Counted from the first letter of the stretch, positions 16,458-31,004 are shown. The stretch is DNA of 49,605 nucleotides from Candidatus Zixiibacteriota bacterium (GCA_041742355.1 JBGSIV010000062.1:1-49605), one strand, 5' to 3'. Translations and numbers: made by a program. The notes: generated by a model from the sequence alone, not told the origin.

Positions 16458-18761
16458 TCAAAATCCTCTGTGACGGCTCACGGCGTCGGCAATTACCGCC
16501 TGCCCGAGCGCCAGACCGCCGTCGTTGGTCGGCACCTCGCTGTGGGTCAGCACGCGGAAGCCATCTTCGGTCAACCGCCGCACCATGTACTCGAAAAATA
16601 ACGCATTCTGGTATACGCCGCCACTCAATGCCGCGGTCCCGATTCCGGTGGTGATTCGGGCCGAGTGCGCCGCCGCGACAAACAACTCCGCCAGCGCGGT
16701 GTGGAACCGCAGCGCCGACTGCTCGACCGGCTCACCGGAGCGTATCCGGCGGACCATCTCACGGACCAGCGGCGCGAAATTGATCGGGCCGCCCGATTCG
16801 GGAATCGGTATCGCCTCGCCATGCGACAGTGTCCATCCGGCCTGAGTTGCCGCCATCTCCAGCGCAATTGCGGCTTGCGCCTCGTAGTTACTCTCGGTGC
16901 ACAACCCGATCAGGGCGGCCATGCCGTCGAACAACCGTCCGCAGCTGGAGGTCATCGGGCTGTTGAGCCCTCGCTCGATCATCAGCAAGACGGTATCGGC
17001 CTGCAGTTTCGGTATCCTATCGAACAGCGGCAGTTCAAAATGGCGGGCATCGGCGCCGTAGGCGCACCGAAGGTAACTGAGCGCCATTCGCCAGGGCTGT
17101 TGGATCGCGGCCGTACCGCCCGGCATTGCCACCGGTTCCAGCCAGGCGTACCTATTGAACCCGGCGGCATCGCCGATGAGTACCTCACCCCCCCAGATGG
17201 TGCCGTCGGTGCCGTAGCCGGTGCCGTCGAGGATAATCCCGATCGTCGGTTCGGTCACCGCGTTTTCAGTCATCACCGCGACCTGGTGAGCGTGATGGTG
17301 CTGCACCTCGATCACCGGACGTTTCGTCTGCGCTTTTGCCGATTTGGTCGACAGGTATTCGGGGTGCATGTCGCAGGCGATCAGCTCCGGTTCGATCTCG
17401 AGAACATTCTCAAGGTGATTTATGGCGTGTTCGAAGAAGCCGAGGGCGGCCGGATTGTCAAGATCCCCAATATGCTGACTCAGGAAGGCCTTGTCGCCGC
17501 GGCAGAGCGCCACGGTGTTCTTCAACTCGCCGCCGACTGCGAGGACATTTTTCGCCAGCGCCTGCGGCAAGTACACCGGCCGCGGTACAAAGCCGCGCGC
17601 TCGGCGCAGCACCCGCGGAGCGCCGACCAGATGCCGCATGATCGAATCATCACACCGCTGGAGAATCTCCCGATCGTGCAGCAGGAACAGATCGGCTATC
17701 CCGCCCAACCGTTCGAGCGCTTCGTCATTGTCGATCGCGATCGGTTCCTCGGAGAGATTCCCGCTGGTCATCACCAGCACATCGACCGGCCCCCGCAGGA
17801 GCAGATGGTGGACGGGGGTGTAGGGGAGCATGAACCCGTAGTACCGGTTGTCGTACACCACCGAAGGTGCGATTCCTGTTGTTCCGGTGCGTCGTCGCAA
17901 CAGCACAATCGGGCGAATGACGTCGAGCAGGAGCTTCTCTTCTTCGGGCGTAACCTCGCCGTACCGCCGGATCGTCTCGATCCTGTCGGCCATCATCGCG
18001 AGGGGTTTCTCCTGACGGTGCTTGCGTTCGCGCAGGCGCCGCACGGCCGCTTCATTCGCAGCATCGACCGCGAGGTGGAATCCGCCAAGGCCGCGTACGG
18101 CGAGTATTTTGCCCGCCTGCAGAGCGTCGATTGCCCAGCCGATCGGGTCTTCGACCTGCACTTCCGAGATGCCGTCATGCGCGATCAGGCGCGGACCGCA
18201 CACGGGGCAGGCTACCGGCTGAGCATGAAACCGACGGTCCCTCGGATCGTCGTACTCTTCCTCGCACTCCACGCACATGGGAAAGACCTTCATCGAGGTC
18301 AGCGGCCGGTCGTAGGGAATCCCCTCGACAATCGTGAACCGCGGGCCGCAGTTGGTGCAGTTGATGAAGGAGTAGCGGTAGCGGCGGTTCTTCGGGTCAT
18401 TCATCTCATGGAGGCACTCATGGCAAACCGCAATATCGGGGGGGATTAGTGTGTGCGCCGTTCCCCGGTGGTCGCTCGCCTCGATGTGAAACTCCCGGTC
18501 TCCACGTGCGGGGAGATCCTCGACCGTGCAGGTATCGATCCGTGCCAGGGGCGGAGCGTCATTCTCCAATTGATCGCGGAAGCGATCCAGAGCAGCCGGG
18601 AAACCTTCGACTTCGATCCGAACGCCGTGCGCGTCGTTGGTGATAAAACCCGTAAGCGACAACTCGGTGGCGAGACGGTAGACAAACGGACGGAACCCCA
18701 CCCCTTGCACGATCCCGTTGACCGTGATCCGCTGCCGCTGTCTATCGCCGTTGCTTTGCAT
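16458..18761 (-). CDS. hypF: Carbamoyltransferase HypF
   Basis: GIVQGVGFRPF acylphosphatase domain, CxxC zinc fingers (CTNCGPR, CPVCGP), QHHHAH, DGTGYGTDG and NDGGLALGQ. Confidence 0.98.
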   Translation of the reverse strand: MQSNGDRQRQRITVNGIVQGVGFRPFVYRLATELSLTGFITNDAHGVRIEVEGFPAALDRFRDQLENDAPPLARIDTCTVEDLPARGDREFHIEASDHRGTAHTLIPPDIAVCHECLHEMNDPKNRRYRYSFINCTNCGPRFTIVEGIPYDRPLTSMKVFPMCVECEEEYDDPRDRRFHAQPVACPVCGPRLIAHDGISEVQVEDPIGWAIDALQAGKILAVRGLGGFHLAVDAANEAAVRRLRERKHRQEKPLAMMADRIETIRRYGEVTPEEEKLLLDVIRPIVLLRRRTGTTGIAPSVVYDNRYYGFMLPYTPVHHLLLRGPVDVLVMTSGNLSEEPIAIDNDEALERLGGIADLFLLHDREILQRCDDSIMRHLVGAPRVLRRARGFVPRPVYLPQALAKNVLAVGGELKNTVALCRGDKAFLSQHIGDLDNPAALGFFEHAINHLENVLEIEPELIACDMHPEYLSTKSAKAQTKRPVIEVQHHHAHQVAVMTENAVTEPTIGIILDGTGYGTDGTIWGGEVLIGDAAGFNRYAWLEPVAMPGGTAAIQQPWRMALSYLRCAYGADARHFELPLFDRIPKLQADTVLLMIERGLNSPMTSSCGRLFDGMAALIGLCTESNYEAQAAIALEMAATQAGWTLSHGEAIPIPESGGPINFAPLVREMVRRIRSGEPVEQSALRFHTALAELFVAAAHSARITTGIGTAALSGGVYQNALFFEYMVRRLTEDGFRVLTHSEVPTNDGGLALGQAVIADAVSRHRGF

Positions 18762-18806
18762 ACGCCGTGCTTCACTCTTTCCTGAGACTGCATGCGCTCG
18801 AGCGCG

Positions 18807-19490
18807 CTACCTTTGCTTCTTGCGCGCCACGAACCCCTGCAGCCACGCATACCACGCGTCGAGCCCCTGTCCGGTCCGGCAGGAAACGTCGAATATCTGC
18901 AGGTTCCCGTTTATGGACAGCGCGTTCTCCCGAACCCGTGCCATGTCAAAATCAGAACTCCCCAGCAGATCGATTTTGTTGATAACCATAACCGAGGACC
19001 GCCGGAACATCCCCGGGTACTTCAGCGGCTTATCGTCCCCCTCGGTGGTGCTGATCAGCACGACTTTCATATCCTCGCCGAGGTCGTAGCTCGACGGACA
19101 CACGAGGTTGCCGACATTTTCGATCACCAGCAGGTCGAGTGCCGCGAGATCGAACCCCTCGATCGCTCTGGTCACCATGCGGGCGTCAAGGTGGCAGGCG
19201 CCGCCGGTGACAATCGGCCGGACCATCCGCCCCCCCGCTTTTGTGAGGCGGTTGGCGTCGTTTTCGGTTTGCACATCTCCGGCCACCAGTGCCATGCGCA
19301 ACCGGTCGTTGAGCGCCGCGAGCGTTTTCTCCAACAGGCTCGTTTTGCCCGATCCCGGCGAGCTCACGAGGTTAAGCGACGCCACCCGGTATTCAGCCAG
19401 CCGCGCCCGTAGTTCGGCCGCTAACCGGTCGTTCTCTGAGAGGACTTTTTCTTTGACTTCAACTCGTTCCGGCATCTGTCTCTCCGTCAT
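18807..19490 (-). CDS. hypB: Nickel-insertion GTPase HypB
   Basis: SSPGSGKT, GACHLDA, ENVGNLVCP, EGDDKPLKYP and NKIDL. Confidence 0.97.
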   Translation of the reverse strand: MTERQMPERVEVKEKVLSENDRLAAELRARLAEYRVASLNLVSSPGSGKTSLLEKTLAALNDRLRMALVAGDVQTENDANRLTKAGGRMVRPIVTGGACHLDARMVTRAIEGFDLAALDLLVIENVGNLVCPSSYDLGEDMKVVLISTTEGDDKPLKYPGMFRRSSVMVINKIDLLGSSDFDMARVRENALSINGNLQIFDVSCRTGQGLDAWYAWLQGFVARKKQR

Positions 19491-19827
19491 CTATCTCAAT
19501 ATACGCGATCTCCAACTCATCCCCTTGCGTCATCGCAATATCCTGCCCACCGCAATCCGGACAGATAAACAGGTAATCCTCAATCACGAAGTTCCGGCTA
19601 CACGCGCGGCAGGTTCCCTGAACGGGAATGGTTTCGATGACCAGCTGCGTGGCGGCTAAGGGGGTATCGCGGACCGACGCCTCATAACCGAATTCCAGCG
19701 CATCCGGGACGATATCGGTTAATCCCCCTATCCGAAGTCCGATTTTGGACACACCACGGTATCCTTCGGACTGCATCTTCTTCAACACCGCTTCGACAAT
19801 CGATTGTGCAATACCAAGTTCATGCAT
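19459..19827 (-). CDS. hypA: Nickel metallochaperone HypA
   Basis: MHE N-terminus, CRAC...CPDC and GDELEI. Confidence 0.96.
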   Translation of the reverse strand: MHELGIAQSIVEAVLKKMQSEGYRGVSKIGLRIGGLTDIVPDALEFGYEASVRDTPLAATQLVIETIPVQGTCRACSRNFVIEDYLFICPDCGGQDIAMTQGDELEIAYIEIDDGETDAGTS

Positions 19828-19966
19828 ACGGCATCTCCGGGGACCGACTACCTCAGGGGACAAGAAACACATCGGGATACATCCCGGCAAGGTGAATCGG
19901 GATTGGCCGGGTGGATCCGCAATCCCCGCGCATGGCGCAGGAAGCTATGTCGACCCCACTCCACCT

Positions 19967-19975
19967 ATTATAACA
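19967..19975 (-). promoter_or_regulatory. Extended -10 element (TGtTATAAT), candidate hyp operon promoter
   Basis: Exact TGnTATAAT on the minus strand, 140 nt upstream of hypA. Confidence 0.5.
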
Positions 19976-20176
19976 ACTCAGGACAGTAGCCGGCGGTTTT
20001 TCGGAGGCGATCTCTGCGATCTATCGCGAACGACTCGATTTCTCTGGAAGATCGGGGGATTATCGGGTATCTTCTCCACGATAACGCAGCCGCGGGCCGG
20101 TGACAACCAGCCTGCGGCCTGAACCCGGGATTACAGCCGACGCGTCGGGCATTGCCAGGCGCAAACAGCAGGAATT

Positions 20177-20803
20177 ATGTCACCAGAACTGACTGCCCTC
20201 ATCGTGACCGCGGCTTCAATCGGCCTGGTCCATACCCTCCTTGGCCCTGATCACTATCTCCCGTTTGTCGCTCTCGCAAAGGCGAATGGCTGGTCGACTC
20301 TGAAGACCACGACCATCACCATTCTCTGCGGCCTCGGCCATGTTCTCAGTTCGGTCGTGCTCGGATTGCTGGGCGTCGCCCTCGGCACCGCGGTTGGCCG
20401 CCTTGAGTGGATTGAATCGATCCGGGGAGACTTCGCCGCCTGGGCGTTGATCGCCTTCGGATTGGTCTACCTGGCCTGGGGAATCCGCCGTGCCCGCAAC
20501 AGCCATGGGCACACCCACCGCCAGGCCAACTCGGCGTGGGTGCTGTTCATCGTCTTCGTGCTCGGACCGTGCGAACCGCTCATTCCGATCCTTATGTACC
20601 CGGCCGCTCGATTCGGCACCGGTGCCACCGTACAAGTGGCAGCCGTGTTTTCGGTAGTGACGATCACGACCATGGTCGGTTCGGTGCTGCTGCTGGTCCG
20701 GGGGCTGCGCTTTGTCGCCCTGCACCGGTTGGAGCGCTATGCTCATGCGATGGCCGGGGGCGTAATCCTCGCCTGCGGTATCGCTATCCAGTTCGGGTTG
20801 TAG
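20177..20803 (+). CDS. UreH/RcnA/NiCoT-like nickel/cobalt transporter
   Basis: HTLLGPDH metal motif, GLGHV, HGHTH loop, GPCEPLIP and six hydrophobic segments; divergent from the hyp operon. Confidence 0.75.
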   Translation: MSPELTALIVTAASIGLVHTLLGPDHYLPFVALAKANGWSTLKTTTITILCGLGHVLSSVVLGLLGVALGTAVGRLEWIESIRGDFAAWALIAFGLVYLAWGIRRARNSHGHTHRQANSAWVLFIVFVLGPCEPLIPILMYPAARFGTGATVQVAAVFSVVTITTMVGSVLLLVRGLRFVALHRLERYAHAMAGGVILACGIAIQFGL

Positions 20804-21052
20804 CTGCCGGCGTGCAAGGGAGAACGCCGGGAGTGAAACCGACCCGCAGGGCAGGTTCTGACATGTTAGCGGTCCCGTCAACCGACTGGCTGACGGCCTA
20901 GGTGCCTGGGCGCAGCAACTCCGCGTGGATCTTCCCCAACGGCTTCACAGCCTTGTGCGTACCTCTTCGAGTTACAGCTACTCACAGAACGGTCGCAGGC
21001 CTCGGACGAACTTGATGCCGGGCGAACCACCAATCGAAAGACTGGCCGCCGT

Positions 21053-22897
21053 ATGAGCAAAGACGTGCACGGAACCGGCTCCCCCCGGAGCAGCCTCACG
21101 CCGGGAACGACCATCTCCCACTATCAGATCCTGCGCCCCTTGGGCGCAGGGGGGATGGGCGAGGTTTACCTGGCAACCGACATTTCTCTCCAGCGTCCGG
21201 TGGCGCTCAAACTGCTTCTCCCGGAACTCTGCGACCAGCCGAATCCGAGAAAACGGTTTGTCCGTGAGGCACAGACGGTTGCTTCGATCGACCACCCTAA
21301 TATCATCGGGATCCACGACGTAGGTGAACACCTCGATCGCCCGTATTTCACGATGCCCTATGTGAATGGCCGCACGCTCGCACAGTATATTCAGGCAGGC
21401 CGACCCTCGCTGTCCGACATGCTGGATATTGCCCTCGCTATCTGCACCGGCCTGCAGGCCGCGCACGACCGAGGTATCATCCACCGCGACCTGAAACCCG
21501 GCAATATTATGATCGATCAGTCGCGTCACATCTTCCTTCTGGACTTCGGGCTGGCTATCGCAGACGGCTGGCCGGCTGAGGAGACTGCAGAGGACACACT
21601 GACCAGGCTGACGCTGGCCGGCGTTCCGGTCGGCACGGTGGCATACATGGCGCCGGAACAGCTCCGCGGTCACCCTCCCTCGACACAGGCCGACATCTTT
21701 GCCCTCGGCGTCACGCTCTTCGAATTGGCGAGCGGAGTGTATCCGTTTACCGTCGGTTCACTGGCGCTGACAGCCTCCAGTATTCTGCGCGACGAGCCCA
21801 GATCACTGTTGGAGCACAACCCCTCAGTTCCTCCTGACTATATTCGCATCGTGGGCCGCTGCCTGAAGAAGGATCCCGGCCGGCGCTTTCAGACTGTTCA
21901 TGATGTCCGCAATGAGCTTGAGGATTTGAAGGAATCGCTGGGGCGGGAACACCCGGCGGTCGGGTTATCGGCTTCTCTGGACGCCCGACCGGGCAAACTC
22001 GCCGAAAAGGAGTTTCCCATCGGCGCCGATCTCGTTCGTTCGCTCGCCACGCGGACGCCGCGGATGATCGGAGACGTCCTCACCTACCTCGACAACGAGA
22101 TCGCCTCCGACACGCTGGTGATCTACCTCCACGGGATGGGTCTCGACGAACGTTCCCTCGCAGAGGTGCTGCGGAGTATCCCCTGCCGGGCTATAGCGCC
22201 GTCACTTTACGGATTCGGCCTTTACGCCCGGCACCGGATTCCCCTGCCCCTTGCGGACCACTCAATCCTGATTCGCGCGCTGATGGCCCATGTCATGCAG
22301 GACATCGTGCCGCAAAAGGTGCTGCTGGTCGGGGTATCCTCCGGTTCCGACCATGTCCTTCAGATGTTGAGTGCGGATCGCAGCATGGCGGACGAAATCG
22401 CCGGCCTGCTGCTCATGGGGTGCAACCTCGATCTGCGGACCTGCTTCAACTCCCAGATCTTCGCGAATCTATACGCAGAGAGTCCGGCTGAGACGCTTGC
22501 CGCCGTCCGCGCCGCCGGGGAACGTCTGGCCACCCTGGAGGAATGGCTGTTGGTGCACGCCTACCTGGTGCAAGTGATGCAGAAATTCGCCACCGACATT
22601 GAGGCGTTGCGGCAGTATGCCGCCGACATTGTCCAGCCGATACAGGCCAGAGGCCTTGACCAGTTTGTCGACTGGTACCGGCTTTCCTGTGAATCGGTCG
22701 CGGCCGTTCGATTTGTCTTCTTCGTCGACGAAGCCGCACCGCTCAACGATTTGCTGCAACGGCACCTCGACACCGGCGTGCTCGGCGAACACGGCGTCGA
22801 ACGGACCATAATCCGCGAGCCGCTGGCGCACATGGAGTTGCTCTCACCCTATGTCATTGTGCGGCATACGCTCAAGATGCTTTCCGAAATTGAATGA
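21053..22897 (+). CDS. Hanks-type Ser/Thr kinase fused to a C-terminal alpha/beta-hydrolase domain
   Basis: Kinase motifs GAGGMGEV, VALK, HRDLKPGN, DFG and YMAPE; C-terminal YLHGMG, APSLYGFG and GVSSG nucleophile elbow. Confidence 0.88.
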   Translation: MSKDVHGTGSPRSSLTPGTTISHYQILRPLGAGGMGEVYLATDISLQRPVALKLLLPELCDQPNPRKRFVREAQTVASIDHPNIIGIHDVGEHLDRPYFTMPYVNGRTLAQYIQAGRPSLSDMLDIALAICTGLQAAHDRGIIHRDLKPGNIMIDQSRHIFLLDFGLAIADGWPAEETAEDTLTRLTLAGVPVGTVAYMAPEQLRGHPPSTQADIFALGVTLFELASGVYPFTVGSLALTASSILRDEPRSLLEHNPSVPPDYIRIVGRCLKKDPGRRFQTVHDVRNELEDLKESLGREHPAVGLSASLDARPGKLAEKEFPIGADLVRSLATRTPRMIGDVLTYLDNEIASDTLVIYLHGMGLDERSLAEVLRSIPCRAIAPSLYGFGLYARHRIPLPLADHSILIRALMAHVMQDIVPQKVLLVGVSSGSDHVLQMLSADRSMADEIAGLLLMGCNLDLRTCFNSQIFANLYAESPAETLAAVRAAGERLATLEEWLLVHAYLVQVMQKFATDIEALRQYAADIVQPIQARGLDQFVDWYRLSCESVAAVRFVFFVDEAAPLNDLLQRHLDTGVLGEHGVERTIIREPLAHMELLSPYVIVRHTLKMLSEIE

Positions 22898-22977
22898 GAG
22901 GGATTGCCGGTTCGGTCGGATCCCGAAGCCGTCAGATCTGATCCCCTCGAAACCCGCGCGAACGCTCAAAATCACGA

Positions 22978-23006
22978 TTGCGCGCGCCGCCCAAAGCGGT
23001 TAACTT
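22978..23006 (+). promoter_or_regulatory. Sigma70-type promoter for tRNA-Leu/tig, TTGCGC-N17-TAACTT
   Basis: Correct spacing, 15 nt upstream of the tRNA. Confidence 0.5.
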
Positions 23007-23019
23007 GTTGATTGATATA

Positions 23020-23103
<84 letters not shown>

Positions 23104-23284
23104 TTGACGGCAGCATTCCCCTTCGGCCGGCCGGTTTCCCCGGCGGGAAGGGGGAAGAATGGCCTACGGCCAGGTGCGTCAGCCCTGCGTCGTCGGCCCG
23201 AAGATACGGTTCAGTAGCCCGGTGTAGTGGCTGGGCACTCAAACGATGCCGCTGGCGCGGCAATGGTGGAAAGGTTAGACGCGC

Positions 23285-24568
23285 GTGAAGGTCGAAATCA
23301 AAGAACGTGAAGAACTCGTCCGTGAAATCTCGGTCGAAATCGAGCCGGCCGAAGTCACCCGAAAGCTGGAAGCCAAGTTCGAGGAGGTTCGCCGCGACGT
23401 GACCCTTAAGGGGTTCCGCAAAGGCCACGCCCCGATGAACGTTATCAAGGCGACTTTCACCGACGATGTCAGGGCCGATGTCGCCGAGGACCTGCTCAAA
23501 ACGACCTATCCCGAGGCAATCCGCCAGAAGGACCTCGCCGTCGCCGCGCAGCCGACCGTCACCCACCTCGATTATACCGAGGCCGGCGGGCTCACCTATA
23601 CCGCCGTGGTCGAGATCCTTCCGGTCATCGACAAGCTCGACCTGGACCGACTCGAGGTCTCCAGCTACGACCTGGAGGTCACCGACGACGAGGTCAATCG
23701 TGCCGCCGAAGAAATCCGAAAGATGCGCGCGGAGCAGCGGTCAGTTGACCGCGAGGTCCGCCCGACCGATATCGTCGTGGTCGATCTGAAGAAGACCTTC
23801 GATTCGAAAGGGGCAATCCCGGAGGACGAATTTTCCGATGCCGTGATTGAACTCTCGAACCCGGTTACGGTTACAGAGTTTAAGGAACAGATGCCGGGGC
23901 TCAAAAAAGGTGAGACCAAGGAAATCGAAGTCAAGTACGGGGACGATTACCCTGACGCCGCATTTGCCGGCGCCACGATCCGTTACGAGACGACCGTGAA
24001 AGATATCCGCGAGGAGTTGCTGCCGAACTTCGACGATCATCTTGCCAAGTCCACCGGCCAGGCCGAAACGGCCTTGGAGTTGCGCCTGAAAATCCGCGAG
24101 GATCTCAAGGCGCAGAAAGAACGCGAACTGCGCCGCTTCAACCGCAACGAAGTGGTCCAGCAACTGGTCGAACACAACAAGATTCCCGTTCCCGCCGGCC
24201 TGGTCAGCGAGTACCTCGACGCAGTCGTCGAGGATGCCCGGCGCCAGCAACCCGATATTGACGAAACCGAGGTCCGGAACGCCTACCGTGGCATGGCCGA
24301 ATCCAGTCTCCGATGGAACCTGCTGTCGAGCCACATCGCCCGGCAGGAGAATATTCAGGTTACGCGCGAAGATACCGACAAAGTGATTAAGCGGTTCGCC
24401 GAGAACTACCGCATCACCGAGCAGCAGGCCGCCGAGGCGCTGCAGCGTTCGGGGAAAGCGGCCAGTGTCCGCGACACGCTCATTGAAGAGAAAGTGCTTG
24501 ATTTCCTGATTTCGAAAGCGAAGGTTGTCAAGAGGGAACCGGAACCGGCCCCGACGAACAAGGACTGA
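23285..24568 (+). CDS. tig: Trigger factor
   Basis: GFRKGHAP ribosome-binding signature, FKBP-like middle domain, upstream of clpP. Confidence 0.96.
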   Translation: MKVEIKEREELVREISVEIEPAEVTRKLEAKFEEVRRDVTLKGFRKGHAPMNVIKATFTDDVRADVAEDLLKTTYPEAIRQKDLAVAAQPTVTHLDYTEAGGLTYTAVVEILPVIDKLDLDRLEVSSYDLEVTDDEVNRAAEEIRKMRAEQRSVDREVRPTDIVVVDLKKTFDSKGAIPEDEFSDAVIELSNPVTVTEFKEQMPGLKKGETKEIEVKYGDDYPDAAFAGATIRYETTVKDIREELLPNFDDHLAKSTGQAETALELRLKIREDLKAQKERELRRFNRNEVVQQLVEHNKIPVPAGLVSEYLDAVVEDARRQQPDIDETEVRNAYRGMAESSLRWNLLSSHIARQENIQVTREDTDKVIKRFAENYRITEQQAAEALQRSGKAASVRDTLIEEKVLDFLISKAKVVKREPEPAPTNKD

Positions 24569-24591
24569 TTACTCAAGGAATAAGGGAGACT

Positions 24592-25212
<621 letters not shown>

Positions 25213-25273
25213 GCCTGAGGAGTCGGGCAGGGGCCGCCGCCGACGGCCTCACCGATTCGGGAGACAATAGGAC

Positions 25274-26551
<1,278 letters not shown>

Positions 26552-26576
26552 GTCCGGCCATTTATCCTAACTAATT

Positions 26577-26608
26577 GATGCGGTAGGGTTTATACTCTAC
26601 CGCGTCTT
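26577..26608 (+). terminator. Hairpin after clpX, probable terminator
   Basis: GATGCGGTAGGGT-TTAT-ACTCTACCGCGTC stem with only a short U tail. Confidence 0.55.
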
Positions 26609-26637
26609 GCCGTGCGGCTTCCAGCCCGATTCTTTCC

Positions 26638-26669
26638 TCAAGTATCCCGGCTGCTCCAACCGATACTAG
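26638..26669 (+). promoter_or_regulatory. Sigma28-like promoter TCAA-N17-ACCGATAC-TAG
   Basis: Shares CGATACTAG and upstream TCAA with the sites at 39784 and 44865; 21 nt before the lipoprotein ATG. Confidence 0.55.
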
Positions 26670-26690
26670 TGATACTGGGAGGTATCGGCT

Positions 26691-27242
26691 ATGAGATTAC
26701 TCCCGCTTCTTGCCGCTGTTACGGTGCTGGCTGTTAGCCTCGCCTGCAGCGAGGCTCAGAACCAGACCAGCGTCCCTGTGTCCACCCAGCCCGCCGTCGT
26801 CGACACTCTCCGCGTGATCTTCGACGAACTGCAGCAGGCGGTGCTCCTGGGCCAGCCGGAACGGTTCCGCAACCTCCTCGACCCAGCCCAGGCCGACACG
26901 TTGCGCAAGCTGATTCGTAAGCACGGCTACCTGTCACTTCGGTCGTACATCGAGCGGCAGTTCGCCAATTGGCCCAACCTCGACACGCTTGAGCTGTATC
27001 AGATCAAGCAGTCGGGCGACTACGTGCGCCTGGCCTACAAGGGCCCGGGTTCCCACTTCGGCCACCGCCAGCCGTGGGTGCGCTACACGTTCCTGCTGTT
27101 CAAGCATCACCGGGAATCGTGGCGCCTCGCCGGGGTTAGCAGCATTGAGGCCGAGCAGTTCGACCCGTATGGCTACGGTTACGAACTGTCATACCACGAA
27201 ACCGATCTTCCGCCAAGGCTCCGTTTCCCGCGTTTATTCTGA
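26691..27242 (+). CDS. Putative lipoprotein of unknown function
   Basis: Signal peptide II with lipobox SLAC (MRLLPLLAAVTVLAVSLAC); GGGAGG RBS. Confidence 0.75.
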   Translation: MRLLPLLAAVTVLAVSLACSEAQNQTSVPVSTQPAVVDTLRVIFDELQQAVLLGQPERFRNLLDPAQADTLRKLIRKHGYLSLRSYIERQFANWPNLDTLELYQIKQSGDYVRLAYKGPGSHFGHRQPWVRYTFLLFKHHRESWRLAGVSSIEAEQFDPYGYGYELSYHETDLPPRLRFPRLF

Positions 27243-27307
27243 TTAGCCGTCAGGCCGGTCATTGAATTCCGGGCAGGGGAGAGGCGCGTCGGCCGCATTC
27301 CTCAGAC

Positions 27308-27346
27308 AAATGAAAACGGCCGGGAGCGTGAGGGCTCCCGGCCGTT
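27308..27346 (-). terminator. Intrinsic terminator of clpC, possibly bidirectional
   Basis: AACGGCCGGGAGC-GTGAGG-GCTCCCGGCCGTT perfect 13-bp stem with TTCATTT tail on the minus strand. Confidence 0.85.
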
Positions 27347-27383
27347 GGTATTGACGGGGGTAGTAGCTTAACGCCTGAGGCGC

Positions 27384-29852
<2,469 letters not shown>

Positions 29853-29927
29853 CGCGAACCTTCCTTGCGTCTATTGCAACTCTTTCTTACGCGGCTAAAG
29901 TGCACCAGTAAATACACCTTTCTGCGG

Positions 29928-30986
29928 CTAAGTGTTCCGCAGTTTCTCCCGGACCATCTGCGCTCTGACGAAATCTCGCCGGTTGTCGTCCATCTCGGAT
30001 CCATAAAACCGCTGGAGATGGGCCGGCTGCGACAGCAGCAGCATTTCGTTGATCTGCGCCACCGACAGAAAATCAATAATTCCCATCGCCTGGCCCAGAC
30101 GGACCGCCGACAGGAGGTTCATGACCTCCTCGGAGGTCAGCACCCGGGCGTGCAGGAGGATCCCGTACGCCCGCCAGATCTTGTCTTCGATCATCTCCGA
30201 GGCCTCGTCCACCAGCCGTTGACGGGCCGCGGCATCCTGCTCGATTCTCCCGCGCGTCCCGCGAACGATCTGCGTCAGGATGTCATCTTCCGTAATCCCC
30301 AGCGTGTTCTGGTTAGACACTTGGAACAGGTTCCCCAGAACATCCGAACCCTCGCCGTAGAAGCCCCGCACAATCAGGCCGCTTGTGGTGATCTGACGGA
30401 TCACCCGGTCGATATCGCGGGTCAGCACCAGTCCCGGCAGGTGGATCAGAACCGAGGCCCGCATTCCGGTACCCGCATTGGTCGGGCAAGCCGTCAGAAA
30501 GCCGAAATCGGGATCGTAGTCGTACTCGAGGTGCCGTCCCACCTCCGTGTCATACTGCTTGGCGAGGTCATATGCCCCGCGCGGATCGAGCCCCGATGTG
30601 AGTGCCTGAATGCGCAGGTGATCCTCTTCGTTCACCATTATGGACACCCGTTCCTGCGATCCGATAAACAGCGCCTTGGGCAGTTCACCGGTCAGAAAGC
30701 CCGGGGAAATGAGGTGCCGCTCAACCAGAAAATCCCGATCGAGGGGGGTGATGTCGGTGCCTTTGACGTACCGTCCGGCCGCCATGACCGATGATCGCGT
30801 GACGGTCGAGTCGACATAGTGGACGATGCGGTGCGCCGTTTCGCTATCGGCCGATGGCGGGTACTTGCAGCCGGCGATATTGCGCGCCAGCCGAACCCGG
30901 CTGGACATCACCACCGAGGCTTCCTCACCTTTTCCGGAAAGCCAGGTCGCGGGCATCTTGGCCATATCTTCAAACATCGTGTTCAA
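29928..30986 (-). CDS. mcsB: Protein arginine kinase McsB
   Basis: SSRVRLARN, LVERHLIS, NEEDHLRIQ, LTACPTNAGTGMRAS and RDFVRA. Confidence 0.96.
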   Translation of the reverse strand: MNTMFEDMAKMPATWLSGKGEEASVVMSSRVRLARNIAGCKYPPSADSETAHRIVHYVDSTVTRSSVMAAGRYVKGTDITPLDRDFLVERHLISPGFLTGELPKALFIGSQERVSIMVNEEDHLRIQALTSGLDPRGAYDLAKQYDTEVGRHLEYDYDPDFGFLTACPTNAGTGMRASVLIHLPGLVLTRDIDRVIRQITTSGLIVRGFYGEGSDVLGNLFQVSNQNTLGITEDDILTQIVRGTRGRIEQDAAARQRLVDEASEMIEDKIWRAYGILLHARVLTSEEVMNLLSAVRLGQAMGIIDFLSVAQINEMLLLSQPAHLQRFYGSEMDDNRRDFVRAQMVREKLRNT

Positions 30987-31004
30987 CGCATCCCTCTCAA
31001 TGGC

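Noticed and set aside
16665..18449. 594-aa plus-strand ORF
   Set aside because: Antisense to hypF; an open reverse frame is expected with high-GC codon bias.
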